This document shows positions 16,764-29,692 of a stretch of 49,469 nucleotides of DNA, piece after piece (position 1 is the first letter of the stretch; every line of letters starts with the position of its first letter). The DNA is from Paraspadella gotoi. Taxonomy: Eukaryota > Animalia > Chaetognatha. Under the pieces are notes generated by a model. It was not told the DNA's origin. It saw only the letters and a program-made list of their open reading frames with translations, and made no database searches. The DNA lies in contig CM119270.1 in assembly GCA_051294375.1 (NCBI GenBank), positions 18,600,991 to 18,650,459 of the forward strand, given 5' to 3'. The position numbers were made by a program, and so were the translations under genes.

Positions 16764-16996
16764 AAAATATCTAAGAAGACAACGACAGCAACTTAAACAG
16801 CATTATCACAACATCACCTAAAATATCTAAGAAGATATCAACGACAGCAACTTAAATAGCATAATCACAACATCACCTAAAATATCTAAGAAGATATCAA
16901 CGACAGCAACTTAAACAGCATAATCACAACATCACCTAAAATATCTAAGAAGATATCAACGACAGCAACTTAAACAGCAAAATCACAACATCACGT
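16764..16996. repeat. 59-bp tandem repeat, 4 copies
   Basis: Unit TAAAATATCTAAGAAGATATCAACGACAGCAACTTAAACAGCATAATCACAACATCACC. Confidence 0.92.
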
Positions 16997-17184
16997 AAAT
17001 CACTCCATCTCCCGGGGGAAAAAAAACTGCGCGGGAAAAATCTTGATCAGAATTTGGAAGCGAAACCTACGACGTTGAGAGGATTTACGGGATTTAAAGA
17101 TTTCATTAGGCGGATTTATGATTTAATTATGGATTTGCACCATTTTTTTTTCAGGCGGGACGTAGAAGAGACGAGAGCGAGAGA

Positions 17185-17218
<34 letters not shown>

Positions 17219-17570
17219 CGGAGAGAGACTCGCTTCGCTTGTCCAACGAAGCGTGGATTAGAATTTTACGTTACAGCGCGAAACGTTAAGAGGAAAGAAA
17301 AAAAAAACCCTAAGAAACGAAGGAGAGGACTCCTTTGTTTCTTGAAAGACGAAACAGGATTAAGATAACGAAACAGTTGATAATTAGGATTTACGCGGAA
17401 ACCACTTTAGATCGGATAAGCGATTTCGGATGCGACGAACGAAAGACGTTAATGAAGAGGGAACGATCGTTCGTTACAACGAACTCGAACACAGCGAGCT
17501 CGCACAATACGAAATAGGATGTTCACCGAAAAACAACCATCTCGCGTACAACTAGAAATATAATAAAATC

Positions 17571-17627
17571 GTTTTAAAATTTCGTTAGCCCACTACTAAT
17601 GGTAGTGGGCTAACGAAATTTTAAAAC
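17571..17627. other. Perfect 26-bp-stem hairpin, 5-nt loop
   Basis: GTTTTAAAATTTCGTTAGCCCACTAC-TAATG-GTAGTGGGCTAACGAAATTTTAAAAC. Confidence 0.9.
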
Positions 17628-20600
17628 AAGCAAGGAATACGACGAACCGGGATACAATACAATACAATACAACAATATCGTAAATAAACGAACTCGGATA
17701 AAAAGATGTCACTCGAACAACGCGGGTACAACGAACGCGTATCCAGAGGTATTATAATCTCTTTCCTCCATCTTTAGTTATTTTTCTCTCTCGTAAAAAA
17801 AAAAAAAAAAATTTCTCTCGTGAACAAAATCGAAAATCGATTTTTTTCGTATCGAGAAATCTCATTCCTTTTTCAGTCGACGCGAATGAGCGAGAGACGA
17901 AGATCCGGCGTGAAGCCGCCCACCGTAGCCTTGTCACGGTCGACCGTGTCAAATCTTAGTTTATTGAGGAGTCTCACTAAAGATAGTAACGTGTCACAAA
18001 GGACGTGTGACGCAAAAACAGGATGAATGTCAAGTTTGCAATTTTTTTCCGTGATTAAAGGACAGTGGTCTAGAAACGCCATTTCTGTTTCTTAAACCAT
18101 TGATTTCTAACTGTAAAATTAACTACTTTTTTTTAGGTTGTCTCGTTTGATTTCTCTTCTGGTTCATATTCTTGATTTTAAAGAAAAAAATCAGTTTTTG
18201 AATAGTTATCCTCTCTAAACTATCAATTAGCACACAACGCGGCTTGTTGCTTATTCTATACTGTTTTTTTTTTGTCAAAATTCGCTATGGACAAAAGTTT
18301 TCTATCGAGTTTTTTGAACGAATTGAGTTGGAAAAATCTATTTCAACTATCGAGTTACGAAATCTTACGTAAATACTATTGGTTTAAAAAAAAATAAAAA
18401 AAAAAAATGGAAAAAGTTTTAAAAGACTTTTTTGCGAAGATAGAAAATGGAGCGTAGAACACTGTCACACGTCTTAATTGAATCACGCGATTTTTTTTCA
18501 TTTAAAATATCTAAGCATTATTATCTTCCAATCTTTCTTTTTCTTTCAATTTTTTTATTCTTGTACTCTGCAGATCTCTCTCTCGTCATCGCGCTCTCTC
18601 GATTCCCTTTCCACTCAATCGTCATCATCTCTCTTCTATCTCAGAAGAGTCTCTCCCTCTCTTTCTCATCCTTTTTCTTTTTCTTATTTCTTTATCTCTT
18701 TCTTTCCTTTCCTCCTCCTTAATCTCTAGATCTTTTTCTTTTTCTTTCTCTATTTTCCGTCACTCGCCTTTCGTTATTATTCTTTCTAACTCGTTTTTTT
18801 AATATTCTTTTTTTTTTTTTTTTTTTTTTTTCTCTAGTCTTTTCCTACTTTTCCCTTCACTTGTTTTTTTCTCTCTTTACTCACTCATGTATCACGCGGA
18901 ATCTTTTTCTTTCCTACCCACCCTGTAGTGAGTTCGCGNNNNNNNNNNNNNNNNNNNNNNNNNGATGTTCCTGTCACGTAAATATACCCGAGATCCTCAA
19001 CCAGTCACCGATTTATGAACGTGAAACGAACCAATGAACGTCGATTGAAAAGTTGGTATTATAATTAAAATTTTAAACCTCACGTCTAATAAAAAAAACT
19101 GACGATCAATAATGAAAATAATAATTAATATTGACAAATTAAATCGTTTTGCTCGGTTTCGGTTGGTACCTCGCGTTCTTAGGAAGGGAAGTTAAATGCT
19201 TCTCACAAAATATATAGGAAGAGAGATAGATTACAGGCACAAGAAGTGGTTAAATTACAGTGACTTAATGGGGAGGAAAAGATGAAAAAAAGAAGTGAGA
19301 GAGTGAAAAAATAGAAAAAGTGAAGATGGAAAGACTTTGCCTTTCTTCAACGTCGAGGCGTTTTGTTTTATAGTGCTCTCCCGCCCTCCCCGAAACAATT
19401 AACTCTTTATGCCAGATTGAAATGAAGAGAGAGAGAGAGTATGTTAGGAGAAGAGAGATGAAGAGAGGAGAGAGGAGAGAGAGAGGAGAGAGAGAGAGAG
19501 AGAGAGAGAGCAGTAATTTCTGGTGAACTTCCGTCGGGTGTGTGAGTCACCGTCGTCGGTGGAACCTCCGCCTGACCTTTTTGTTTTGCGGCGGCGTCGG
19601 CGGCGTCGGCGGAGGGCGGGGATGTGGCGCGTTACTTAACTCCTTTGACATCGCGTCATTTCGGGCGTTTCGTCGATTTTAAACGTCGCATTTTTTTTTT
19701 TTTTCGCTTCGTAAAAAATCGATGCGGATTTATTCCTAATGAGACAATTTTCGAATTAATTATACTTATAGTACGGCAATTCTCTCTCCTCTCTCTTCCG
19801 TCTCTCTTCTCTCTCCTCTCTCTCCGTCTCTCTCGTCTCTTCCTCTCTCTCTCTCTTGCTCTCTCTCTCTCGTTTTGACCGACGTCAATAATCTGGCGTT
19901 GTCGCGATCTCGTAGCAGAGATGCAACCACAAAATAATTTTCATTTATAGATATATAGTTTATCAAAAAATATTATTACTCACGGCTTATTTCTTTCTCG
20001 AACTTGGATATTAATTAATTAAATGGATTAATTCGATTTGTTGAAAAAGGTATCATTTATTACGTTTTTTTTAATTCGGACGTTAAATTTATTGATTGAG
20101 CTTTCGATTCTTTTTTAATCAAAGTGTGATTGATGTGTTTTTAAAACGACTTTTTTCAAAATCCAAAATATTAAAAAAACACATTTATTAATTATCATAA
20201 TATTATGTCGAATATTGAAACAAAACCGTAGTTGTTTATAAACCTCTGGTGAGCGTCGGCGGAATTACAAAATCCTCCGGCCGATGTTCTTATGTTTCCC
20301 CCCGCACGTCGTTGCTTCGTCGTTCGTCGTCGACGGTCAATGTGTGATCGCCGAGTCACGTGATTTGATTCGTCAATTAAGTTTTGCTTTGTTTGTTTGG
20401 TGCCGGTCGCGGTCGTGCGTTCGGGTACGTGCGTGGCGTCGTTCGGTCGTGTTCTCGCTGATCCTCNNNNNNNNNNNNNNNNNNNNNNNNNNNNNNNNNN
20501 NNNNNNNNNNNNNNNNNNNNNNNNNNNNNNNNNNNNNNNNNNNNNNNNNNNNNNNNNNNNNNNNNNNNNNNNNNNNNNNNNNNNNNNNNNNNNNNNNNNN

Positions 20601-21222
20601 NNNNNNNNNNNNNNNNNNNNNNNNNNNNNNNNNNNNNNNNNNNNNNNNNNNNNNNNNNNNNNNNNNNNNNNNNNNNNNNNNAATATATATGTATATATAC
20701 GTGTACAGCGCGGTTTCTTTATAAAGATAAATATCATGGTCCACTGCGGAGGTATATTTTGTTTTGGTGGGGCGGGAAGTAATTTGAAATTAGGCCACAG
20801 TGATTTACCAAATAATTTTGAAGAGATAAAAAAATATTTGCATGTAGACCGTTTTGAAATTGTGAATGTGAATTTGTTTCGGGCGCGCTCGTGCGAGAAT
20901 TAACCCGGTTTTACTGTAAATATTCAAAATCTTTCGCGGTAAAAAAAGGCTAAGCGTGAGACACCGTGTTTGCTTAAGAAAAAATATTAAGTGAAAGAAA
21001 GAAATCAAAGGAGGAGAGAGAGATATAGAGAGAGAGAGAGAGAGAGAGAGAAAAGCAAAAAAAATTTTTTTAAGAAAAAAACTGAAAGAATTAGGTGAGA
21101 GAAAAAAAAAATATATGTAAAATATAAGTGAACAATTATAATTGAAAGGAAAAGGAAGGGAGTAATAAAATAGAAAGAAAGGACATTAAAAAAAGAAAAA
21201 GAAAGAAAGAAAAGAAAGTTGG

Positions 21223-21275
21223 TCATATGTCGGGATAAGTAGGGATCGGCAGCTTCTGTTTGTTCAAAAATCGCG
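21223..21275 (-). CDS. Candidate terminal exon (SRFLNKQKLPIPTYPDI*) joining the 22704 exon
   Basis: TCGTCCCCAG acceptor after a long CT tract. The phase-1 join to the 22704-22802 exon is in frame up to TGA. Confidence 0.45.
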
Positions 21276-21298
21276 CTGGGGACGATGAGTAAGATCGG

Positions 21299-21369
<71 letters not shown>

Positions 21370-21464
21370 TTCTTCAAAAAGTCTTGTAAAAAATTGAATC
21401 AAAAGAATTAAAACCACTCCCTTGTGCTTAGAAGAAAATGAGTGAAAGATGGAAAGAAAGGAAT

Positions 21465-21790
21465 GAGAGAATGAAGAAAAGAAATGCGAGAATGAAGGAA
21501 AGAAATGCGAGAATGAAGGAAAGAAATGCGAGAATGAAGGAAAGAAATGGGAGAATGAAGGAAAGAATGCGAGAATGAAGGAAAGAAATGCGAGAATGAA
21601 GGAAAGGAATGCGAGAATGAAGGAAAGGAATGCGAGAATGAAGGAAAGGAATGCGAGAATGAAGGAAAGGAAAGAGAATGAAAAAAAGGATTGAGAGAAT
21701 GAAAAAAAGGATTGAGAGAATGAAGGAAAGAAAAGAGAGGATGAAGGAACGAGATGCGAGAATGAAAAAAGGAATGAGAATGAATGAAGG
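21465..21790. repeat. ~21-bp purine-rich minisatellite
   Basis: Unit GAAAGAAATGCGAGAATGAAG, roughly 15 degenerating copies. Confidence 0.9.
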
Positions 21791-22053
21791 AAGAAATGAC
21801 AGAACGAATTAGAAATGAAAATTGGAAATTCAAAAAAGAACAAATAAGATAACGAACAAACAATTATAGTGAACAAATATTAAAAACGAACTAATAACGA
21901 AAGAACGATCAAACGAACAAAAAAAGAAAATCTTTCAATCAATCAATAAATCATCCAACTCTCCCCAATCAATCAATCATTCAATCCACCGCAAATATAC
22001 GAGAGAAATATAAAGGGAACGGCCGACGCTAATGACAATTTTAACGATTTCGC

Positions 22054-22115
22054 CTTTAGGGTAGGAAATCCTTCTCCCCTTAAACTTTAGGGTAGGAAAT
22101 CCCTCTACCCTTAAA
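22054..22115. repeat. 31-bp tandem duplication, each unit self-complementary
   Basis: CTTTAGGGTAGGAAATCC(TTCTC/CTCTA)CCCTTAAA-like unit present twice. Confidence 0.7.
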
Positions 22116-22703
22116 CTGTCTTCAACTTTTCAAATTTCGTCCAAAATCGAATGTCATTTTTTTTCGCCAAGAAAATTAACTCGTTTTCTTTCGATCTTTT
22201 TCTCGCTTAGAATTTGAATTCCGATCGATGACTCAATTCTTTTTTTTATTAAGGTGGTGATTCTTTTTCTTTCTTTTTTTTTGAGAAGTGGGAGTAAAAT
22301 TTAGAAGAAAAAAAATTGAAGCTAAAAAAAGGAAATCGAAAATGAACTCGCGCACTGTGGAGAGAGATCGAAAAATCAAGTCTCTCACTGTGCAGAGAGA
22401 TCGAAAGAGAAGTAATACTAAGTGGGAAAATGGAGACGAAAATGGACTTGTCATAAATAAGGACTTTTAAGAATAAGAAAATGTGAACGATGAGGCATGG
22501 ATGATAAACCGACTCTGGGTTTATAAATGTAGAGTCTTTTAAAATTATTTTATTAATACAATCCACTTTCAATTTACTCCATCGCAAAACATCACAGAAC
22601 ACGTTTCTATTCTTGGAAATCTGTTCTAACGACAGAGCGACAAAACCAGCACAGTGTACAAAAATCAACGATACACACAGTCGATCGCGCACAGTGAACT
22701 TAC

Positions 22704-22802
22704 AGTCTCCAAGGTCGCCCTTGACGGCGGCGTCGGCCTCCGCCATCACGCAGTGGCGGCGCAGCGGCGAATCAGGCAGCTGCTGGTAAAGTTCGCGCGT
22801 TT
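22704..22802 (-). CDS. Candidate 99-bp phase 1-1 coding exon (TRELYQQLPDSPLRRHCVMAEADAAVKGDLGD) of an unidentified gene
   Basis: GC-rich island with a TTTCTCGACAG acceptor and a GTAAGT donor. Only one frame is open. Confidence 0.55.
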
Positions 22803-23418
22803 CTGTCGAGAAATTAAACAAAAAAAAAATTAACAAGAAAATAATATTGTTATGATGGACGATCTACGAAAGTACGACTTAATATTTTCAATTAGTAAGT
22901 GAATTGTCTTTTTTTTGGATAGATAGCGGATATTAAGGAGACAACATTCCATTACCGAATGTCATAAACTTTTCCGTCTTTTCAACTATATTCCTGATAA
23001 AAAATAAATACAATAAAAGTAGCTAGTATGTGTTCTATTATATTGAGAGCGCGAAATATATCATAGGGATCAATGAATTTATTTTAACATTTTTAAATTT
23101 TCCGATATTAACCTCAGCATACTTTCGCGTACTTATGTACGAATTCTATATTAATTATGTTTAGTTAAATTGGTTTAATTAAAAACATTTTTCAAGTTGA
23201 AACTCATGTGGTTTTTACTCCGAAAGTGAAAGGATGACAAGCTGGAGAATTATTATCAGCCTGATGAAGATGGAGATGACGTGATTCGTGATGGAGACGA
23301 CATTTTCTGTGACATAACTGACAAAATTGATGACGTTATTGGCAATGTCCTTGACTCAGAGGAATATATCTTGTTATGTATTCATAAAGCGAGACAAATA
23401 GGGAACAGCTGGAGATGG

Positions 23419-23454
<36 letters not shown>

Positions 23455-23715
23455 AAAGTCTGGAAAAAATCGAGAGGATGGATAAAAATCCAGATTATGT
23501 AACGTTAATTATTTCAGGTGAGTCAACTTATGCTTTCGGGTTGACCGAACAACTAATGAGTCATAACATGAGAAGAAAAGTAAGTATCAGCAGCGATTTT
23601 TAAAAGAAAGAAGCCGCGTCTTTACAAAGAAAGCAAGTGTCAGTCTTAAGGGTTAGGTAAGGTAAGGTAGGGTAAGGTTTCTTCAAAGTTTCAACTCCAA
23701 ATCTTCCCATTTTTT

Positions 23716-23789
23716 TCATTCGCTGCTCATCGACTTCGGGTCTTTGAGGTCGATGGAATCGCAGAAACACTTGGCGTCGCGGATTGCAG
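23716..23789 (-). CDS. Possible alternative terminal exon (AIRDAKCFCDSIDLKDPKSMSSE*)
   Basis: CCGCAG acceptor, phase 1, GC3-rich codons ending in TGA. No homology recognised. Confidence 0.25.
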
Positions 23790-25665
23790 CTGCGGTTGAC
23801 GCCCGCCAATGGCAAGCGGTGGTTGGGGGGGGGAGGAAGAAGGGAGGCGTGGCGGCTTTGAAATACTGGTCGAGATAGAAGCTGTTTTGATGATGATGAT
23901 GGTGATGGATTCGTAGTTCATCCTTGATTCATAATTCATGATTCGTGAAAAATTAAATGTTTCACGAAACAGCGAAAAACGTATATATCTACGGCGGGAG
24001 AATCAATAGGTTTGGCATCGACATTACGCCTGCTCACTGCTCACTGCAGTGTTCAAGTTTTGGGCGGAGGTGGAATCTGTGTTTTCCGCATAATCGTTTC
24101 GTAACCAAAGCGTAATTAAAGTTTGTTTGTTTATCGATTTAACTCTGACTCTTTTGTTTAAAACGTAGGCGAGTTTCAAGGTGCGTTCGTTAGCAAACGA
24201 GGCCTTAATAAACTTGTATAGAAAATTTAATAAAGTAATTGTTGCTTGATCGAGTTAAAAAACCGGATGTGGCTTTTCTTTTAATTCCTTCGGCGGAGTT
24301 GTTTAACTTTTGATTAAATTTTTAATAATATTGTTTTCCCAGTTTGATCGCCGTCCGTAACAACACAAGATTGCGAGGAATAGCAAAATTTACAAACGGA
24401 ATAAATAATTAAAATCTTCTAGTTTGTTTATGGCGTTTTTTTACGATTTAAAAAAAAAGTGAATGCGCTTTGCCAAAAAAAAATAAAGAAGCGGAGAAAA
24501 TTAGAAATAAAGCCGGAATAATATAAGGAATCATGAAAAGGAGACGGAGTGTTTTTCGAGAAGGGAGAAATAGGAAGGGAGGAAGAGAAAATAAAAGATG
24601 AGAGAATGAGTGAAAGAAAAGTGAAGGAGAAATTGATAGGAATGCAATGAAAATAGAAATAAAGGAGGCGAGAAAATGGTAAAGAAAATATGTAAAGGAA
24701 AGGAAGGAGAAAAGAGGAAAAGGTACGCGGGCGAAAAGGAAAGAAGAAAAGTAAAAGGAAAGGANNNNNNNNNNNNNNNNNNNNNNNNNNNNNNNNNNNN
24801 NNNNNNNNNNNNNNNNNNNNNNNNNNNNNNNNNNNNNNNNNNNNNNNNNNNNNNNNNNNNNNNNNNNNNNNNNNNNNNNNNNNNNNNNNNNNNNNNNNNN
24901 NNNNNNNNNNNNNNNNNNNNNNNNNNNNNNNNNNGGAACTAACTTTCTCGTTTATACATTTAAAATCCTGGATCAAAAAATAAAAGAGCATTTCTCATTT
25001 TTCGGGGAGAAGAAAAATCTATTTTTAGAAGAAAAGAATGGTGAAACTTAAATGTGGGGCGAGAAGTTATGAAGAATGGGTGAGGTCGAATAGAGAATAA
25101 GAGGAATTTAGTTGTGAGGTAAGTGAGATGGGTAAATACTTAGTAGGAAAAGATCCGAGGGAAATTCTCTGTAGCCTCCCTTTCCTGCGATGATATTAAC
25201 AAGATTAGAAAATACAGGGAGGTCCACCTTTTCTTTGTATATATATCAATATATTGTGGCAACAGAAACACGCGACCTCATCCGATCATCTCTCTCTCCC
25301 AATCACTGGCCGATCACGGTCCACCACCACTCTCTACCGCTGTCCCAGCGGTCTCTTGTACAGTTTATTTTATGGTTTTTAGACTTATGCATTATTTGGA
25401 TTGATTTTCGTATTATTCGTTGGATGAATAAATCATTCTCGATCTGAACTTCGTCTCTTTAATAACTTCCACAATATATCATAAAATTTATAAACCGTTA
25501 GCCTCAAAGAGAAACGTTATCAAGGATTAAAACTAAAGCAAAAGCAGCATAAATTGTAGACGAGCTGGTGTCCTTAAGGTTGGTTGACAATTGAAAAAAC
25601 CCCCCCCCCTTATTGATAAAAGTCAGTACGAGAAAGAAGACGTAGAGAGACGGCACGAGACGTGC

Positions 25666-26043
25666 GGTAGCGATACTGTCGCGATGCGCTATTGACGCAA
25701 AGTCACGCCAACAAATGGGAATCGGCTTTCGACAACAAACTAATGTTAAGTTTTATTAAATACCGGGGAAAAAAAATTTGTTTTTCAGGCACCGAAGTAT
25801 ATGAAATTGGTATACACCAGTAATATGTTTCTCTTAATCGGTTGAACTGACTATCGATTGTGGTAGCGATACTGTCGCGATGCGCTATTGACGCAAAGTC
25901 ACGCAAACAAATGGGAATCGGCTTTTGACAACAAACTAATGTTGAAATTGATTAAATATCGGGGGAAAAAAATTAGATTTTCAGGCGCCGAAGTATATGA
26001 AATTGGTACAACCAATATATGTTTCTCTTATCGGTTGAACTGA
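25666..26043. repeat. ~196-bp tandem duplication (mirrored at ~33845-34216)
   Basis: GGTAGCGATACTGTCGCGATGCGCTATTGACGCAAAGTCACGC begins at 25666 and again at 25862. The copies differ by substitutions. Confidence 0.85.
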
Positions 26044-26990
26044 ATTCCCTTCGATTGCTTCGCGTAATTATATCGAATCTTTTTTGAAAATCGTGAACAA
26101 ACGAATATGAATTACTATGCGAGCTACTAAATTGACCACTACATCTAGCGAGATTGAGAACATTTACCTCGCCAATAAATTATTACTATTTAATAAATAA
26201 AATTCAACGAACCACTAGTCTCACCTTCCATTTCGGAATCCCATGTGCGGCGCCAATCGACGAATGACGCCGTCTTTTTTTCCGGCGCTTAAATCGGCTT
26301 TTAGCGGCGCTCTTGCGTCAAGCGGCGTCGCTAAGTGGAAGGCGTTGAAGTTGAGATGGCGTTAGCAGGCGTGTCGTCGATCTTTAACCGATCGTGTCCA
26401 CCTGGCGGAGCGAAGAAGCAACGACGTCGTAGCGAAGACGGAAGGCGAAAGAGACGGAAGGAGATGAAATTGGCGGGAAGATGAAGTTTGGCGCCAAATT
26501 TCAAAATCGATCTTTAAAATCGAAAAATTGAGTCCGACATTTTTTTTGTTTTTTTATTTCGAGGAGAGAGAGAGAGACAGAGCGGGTTGGAAAACGAGTG
26601 ATTTATAGCAAGCGGAAGAGAGAGAGTGAGCGAACGAGGGAGAGGGAGAGAGAGAAACGAAAAGGGAGAATAAAATCGAGGAGAAAAGAAAGTTTGGCAC
26701 TTGGTGATAAACTTGGTGATAAACTTTGTGATAATCTTTGTGATAAACTCCTTTTTTGAGACGGAATTATCTTTTCCTTTTCAGTTGGGTTTTTAATCTT
26801 TTAGTTTGGTTTTTTTTATATTTTGTTTAAATCCTAGTTTTGTTTTATGGTTTCTGTTTTGTTGTTTCGTGGATTCGTTGTTTTTTTTTCCGATGGAAAA
26901 ACTACGATCTCAGCTGCAGTGAATTCCTAAAATAGAGAAGAAAAAAAAGATAAAATTAGTGAAAGGGTTGGAGGGAGTGGCTGGGGGAGG

Positions 26991-27027
<37 letters not shown>

Positions 27028-27147
27028 AAGCGGCAAATGGAGTCAAAAGTCTGCTGAATTCAAATTGGATCACGCCCATTTAAGTTCTTCTTTCTCGACC
27101 GTGCCAAGGAAACATTTCCCCCTTTAGCGCACGTGAGAGAGAGAGAA

Positions 27148-27187
<40 letters not shown>

Positions 27188-28299
27188 GCCGCACTTCAAT
27201 TCATTAAGTGACGCAAAAAAAAATTGTCGTTGACGTTTTCTTCGTATTTATTTTTTTGGCGAATCGATTTTTGGTTTAGAAAAAAATAAATCAAATCAAA
27301 TCAAATAAAAATATAAGATAAAACTAAATCATAATCATAAATATGAAAAAGAATTATAAAACGTACAAATTTCGGGCGATAAAGAGAATTTCACAAAACA
27401 TTCTCTTCACGCGTTTTTTTTTCTGTCTCCGTGATTGTCTCACTTCACAAGTTAAAACGAAGAATAGAGGGTGAATAGATAAGGAGCCGTCAGAAGTATA
27501 AGGACAGGGCAGCTTAATTTTTTTTTGTAAGAAAAGAAAAAAATAATTGTTGTAGTTCGTGAAATATGAAAAGAAAAAAACAAAAAAACCGACAGATCGT
27601 GGAAATTAAATGTTTAAAAAAAAAAACAATGAAAACGAAGAAACGAACGAACGAAACGAACGAACCTTCGACCCCCCCCCCAAAAAAAATGGTCAGTTTC
27701 ACTCAAAAACCCGACGGCGAGGTACAAACGATGAAACTGATAGGTGTGAGCCGGTGAGCGTGAGGAGAAAGAGTGAAGCTGTGAGAGTGAGACAGGCCAG
27801 TCTGTGTGAGAGTGAGAGAGAGAAAGATGATGCGCGTTCGTTGTATGGGAAACTCGGTTTATGACCAGTGAACGGGAGGGGGAGAGAGGGGGGGGCGATT
27901 AGTGAAAATGAGGGTCGAGAGACAAAAGGAGGAATAATTATCGACTTCGCATCGAAAAAAAACAAACCGCAAAATTAATTTCGGAAATTAAAAAAAGGCA
28001 ACTAATTTAATTATCTATATAATTACTATAAAATCTCGCCAGTTTTTGCTTTCAAAAATTGACGAAAAAAAATCAAGGCAAACAGTTTCAGACTGACCGA
28101 CCTACCTACCTAAGAAGCTACGGACCAATAGAAAGACTGACGGACCGACCTACTAAAGGACCGACAGACCAACCCCTTTACGTTTTCCCGCTCTCGGATC
28201 GATAGTCATTTTATCGACCGACATTCACGACCTTCGTCTCCATTCACATTCACATTCACGACCTTCGTCTCCACATCTCATCACAATCCCTCTCCACTA

Positions 28300-29090
28300 G
28301 CCCCTACTACAATCCATGACCAAAACCTCCTACTACGATGAATAACCACACCCCCTCACCACAACCCCTCACCACAATCCCCGAACCAAACCCTTCTCAC
28401 CACAATCCATGACCACAACTTCCCAAGTACAATTCATGACCACAACCCTTCTCACCACAATCCATGACCACAACCTACCACTAAGATCAATGATCACATC
28501 CCCTAACCACAACCCGTGACCCACGTGAACAAAAGACTTTTCACCAACATCCTTTCATTATCGAATATAAATACATTATCACAAATACTCCATATTCCAT
28601 TTAATGATTAACTCCAGCTTCGTCGCCCATCACCTCGCTCTCCATCACTCCATTATCCTCTTCCCCATAACTCCATCATCCTCTTCCCCATAACTCCAGC
28701 AATCTCTCGCCATCACCCATCATCCTCTCCCCATAACTCCCCATCCTCTCGCCCTTAACTCCATCATTCTCTCCCCATAACTCCAGCAATCTCTCACCAT
28801 CACTCCATCATCCTCTCCCCTTAACTCGTCATCTTTCCCCCATAACTCCAGCAATCTCTTACCATCACTCCATCATTCATCTCCCCTTAACTCCATCATC
28901 CTCTTCCATAACTCCAGCAATCTCTCACCATCACTCCCTCATCCTCTCCTCCATTACTCATCATCCTCTCCCCCATTAACTCCAACAACCTCTCACCTTA
29001 CTCCATCATCCTCTCCCCCATAACTCCAACATCTTCTTCCCCATAACTCCATCCATCTCTCACCATCACTCCATCATCGTCTCTCCATCA
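28300..29090. repeat. Degenerate C/A-rich minisatellites (mirrored at ~30840-31640)
   Basis: CACCACAATCCATGACCACAAC units followed by CCCATAACTCCAGCAATCTCTCACCATCACTCCATCATCCTCT units. Confidence 0.85.
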
Positions 29091-29407
29091 AAAGTCGTGA
29101 AAGAGTCGCGATTGAAAAGCGAATTAAAAAAAAAAACTTGAGAGAAAAACGCGAAGTTCGAAATGAGGTCAACGTGGCCCTCCTTTTTGTTGTTGTTGTT
29201 GTTGTTATGATTGTTGTTGCTGTTGTTGCAACAGGCGTTGGGATTGTTTTTTTTAAATCATTGCGTCACTGCAGCAGTTAGTGTTTTGATAGTTATCGTT
29301 GTCCAAACGAATACACTTCAGTTATCACTTCAGTTATCGTTGCATCATCTTGATCACGATCATCACGATCATCATCATTATCGTCTTCACCCGTCATCAG
29401 AGTCTTC

Positions 29408-29692
29408 AAAATCATAATTCTCATAATCAAAATCATAATTCTCATAATCAAATCGTATTTCTCATAATCAAAATCATAATCTCATAATCAAAATCATAAT
29501 TCTCATAATCAAAATCGTATTCTCAATTAATCAAAATCATAATTCTCATAATCAAAATCATAATCTCATAATCAAATCGTAATTCTCATAATCAAATCAT
29601 AATTCTCATAATCAATCATAATTCTCATAATCAAAATCATAATTCTCATAATCGAAATCATAATTCTCATAATCAAAATCATAATTCTCATA
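29408..29692. repeat. ~20-bp minisatellite (mirrored at ~30240-30520)
   Basis: Unit AAAATCATAATTCTCATAATC. Confidence 0.9.

Noticed and set aside
16764-16996. Regular repeat resembling a CRISPR array
   Set aside because: Whole units repeat with no unique spacers, the context is eukaryotic and there are no cas genes. The same applies to 35558-35657 and 41173-42002.
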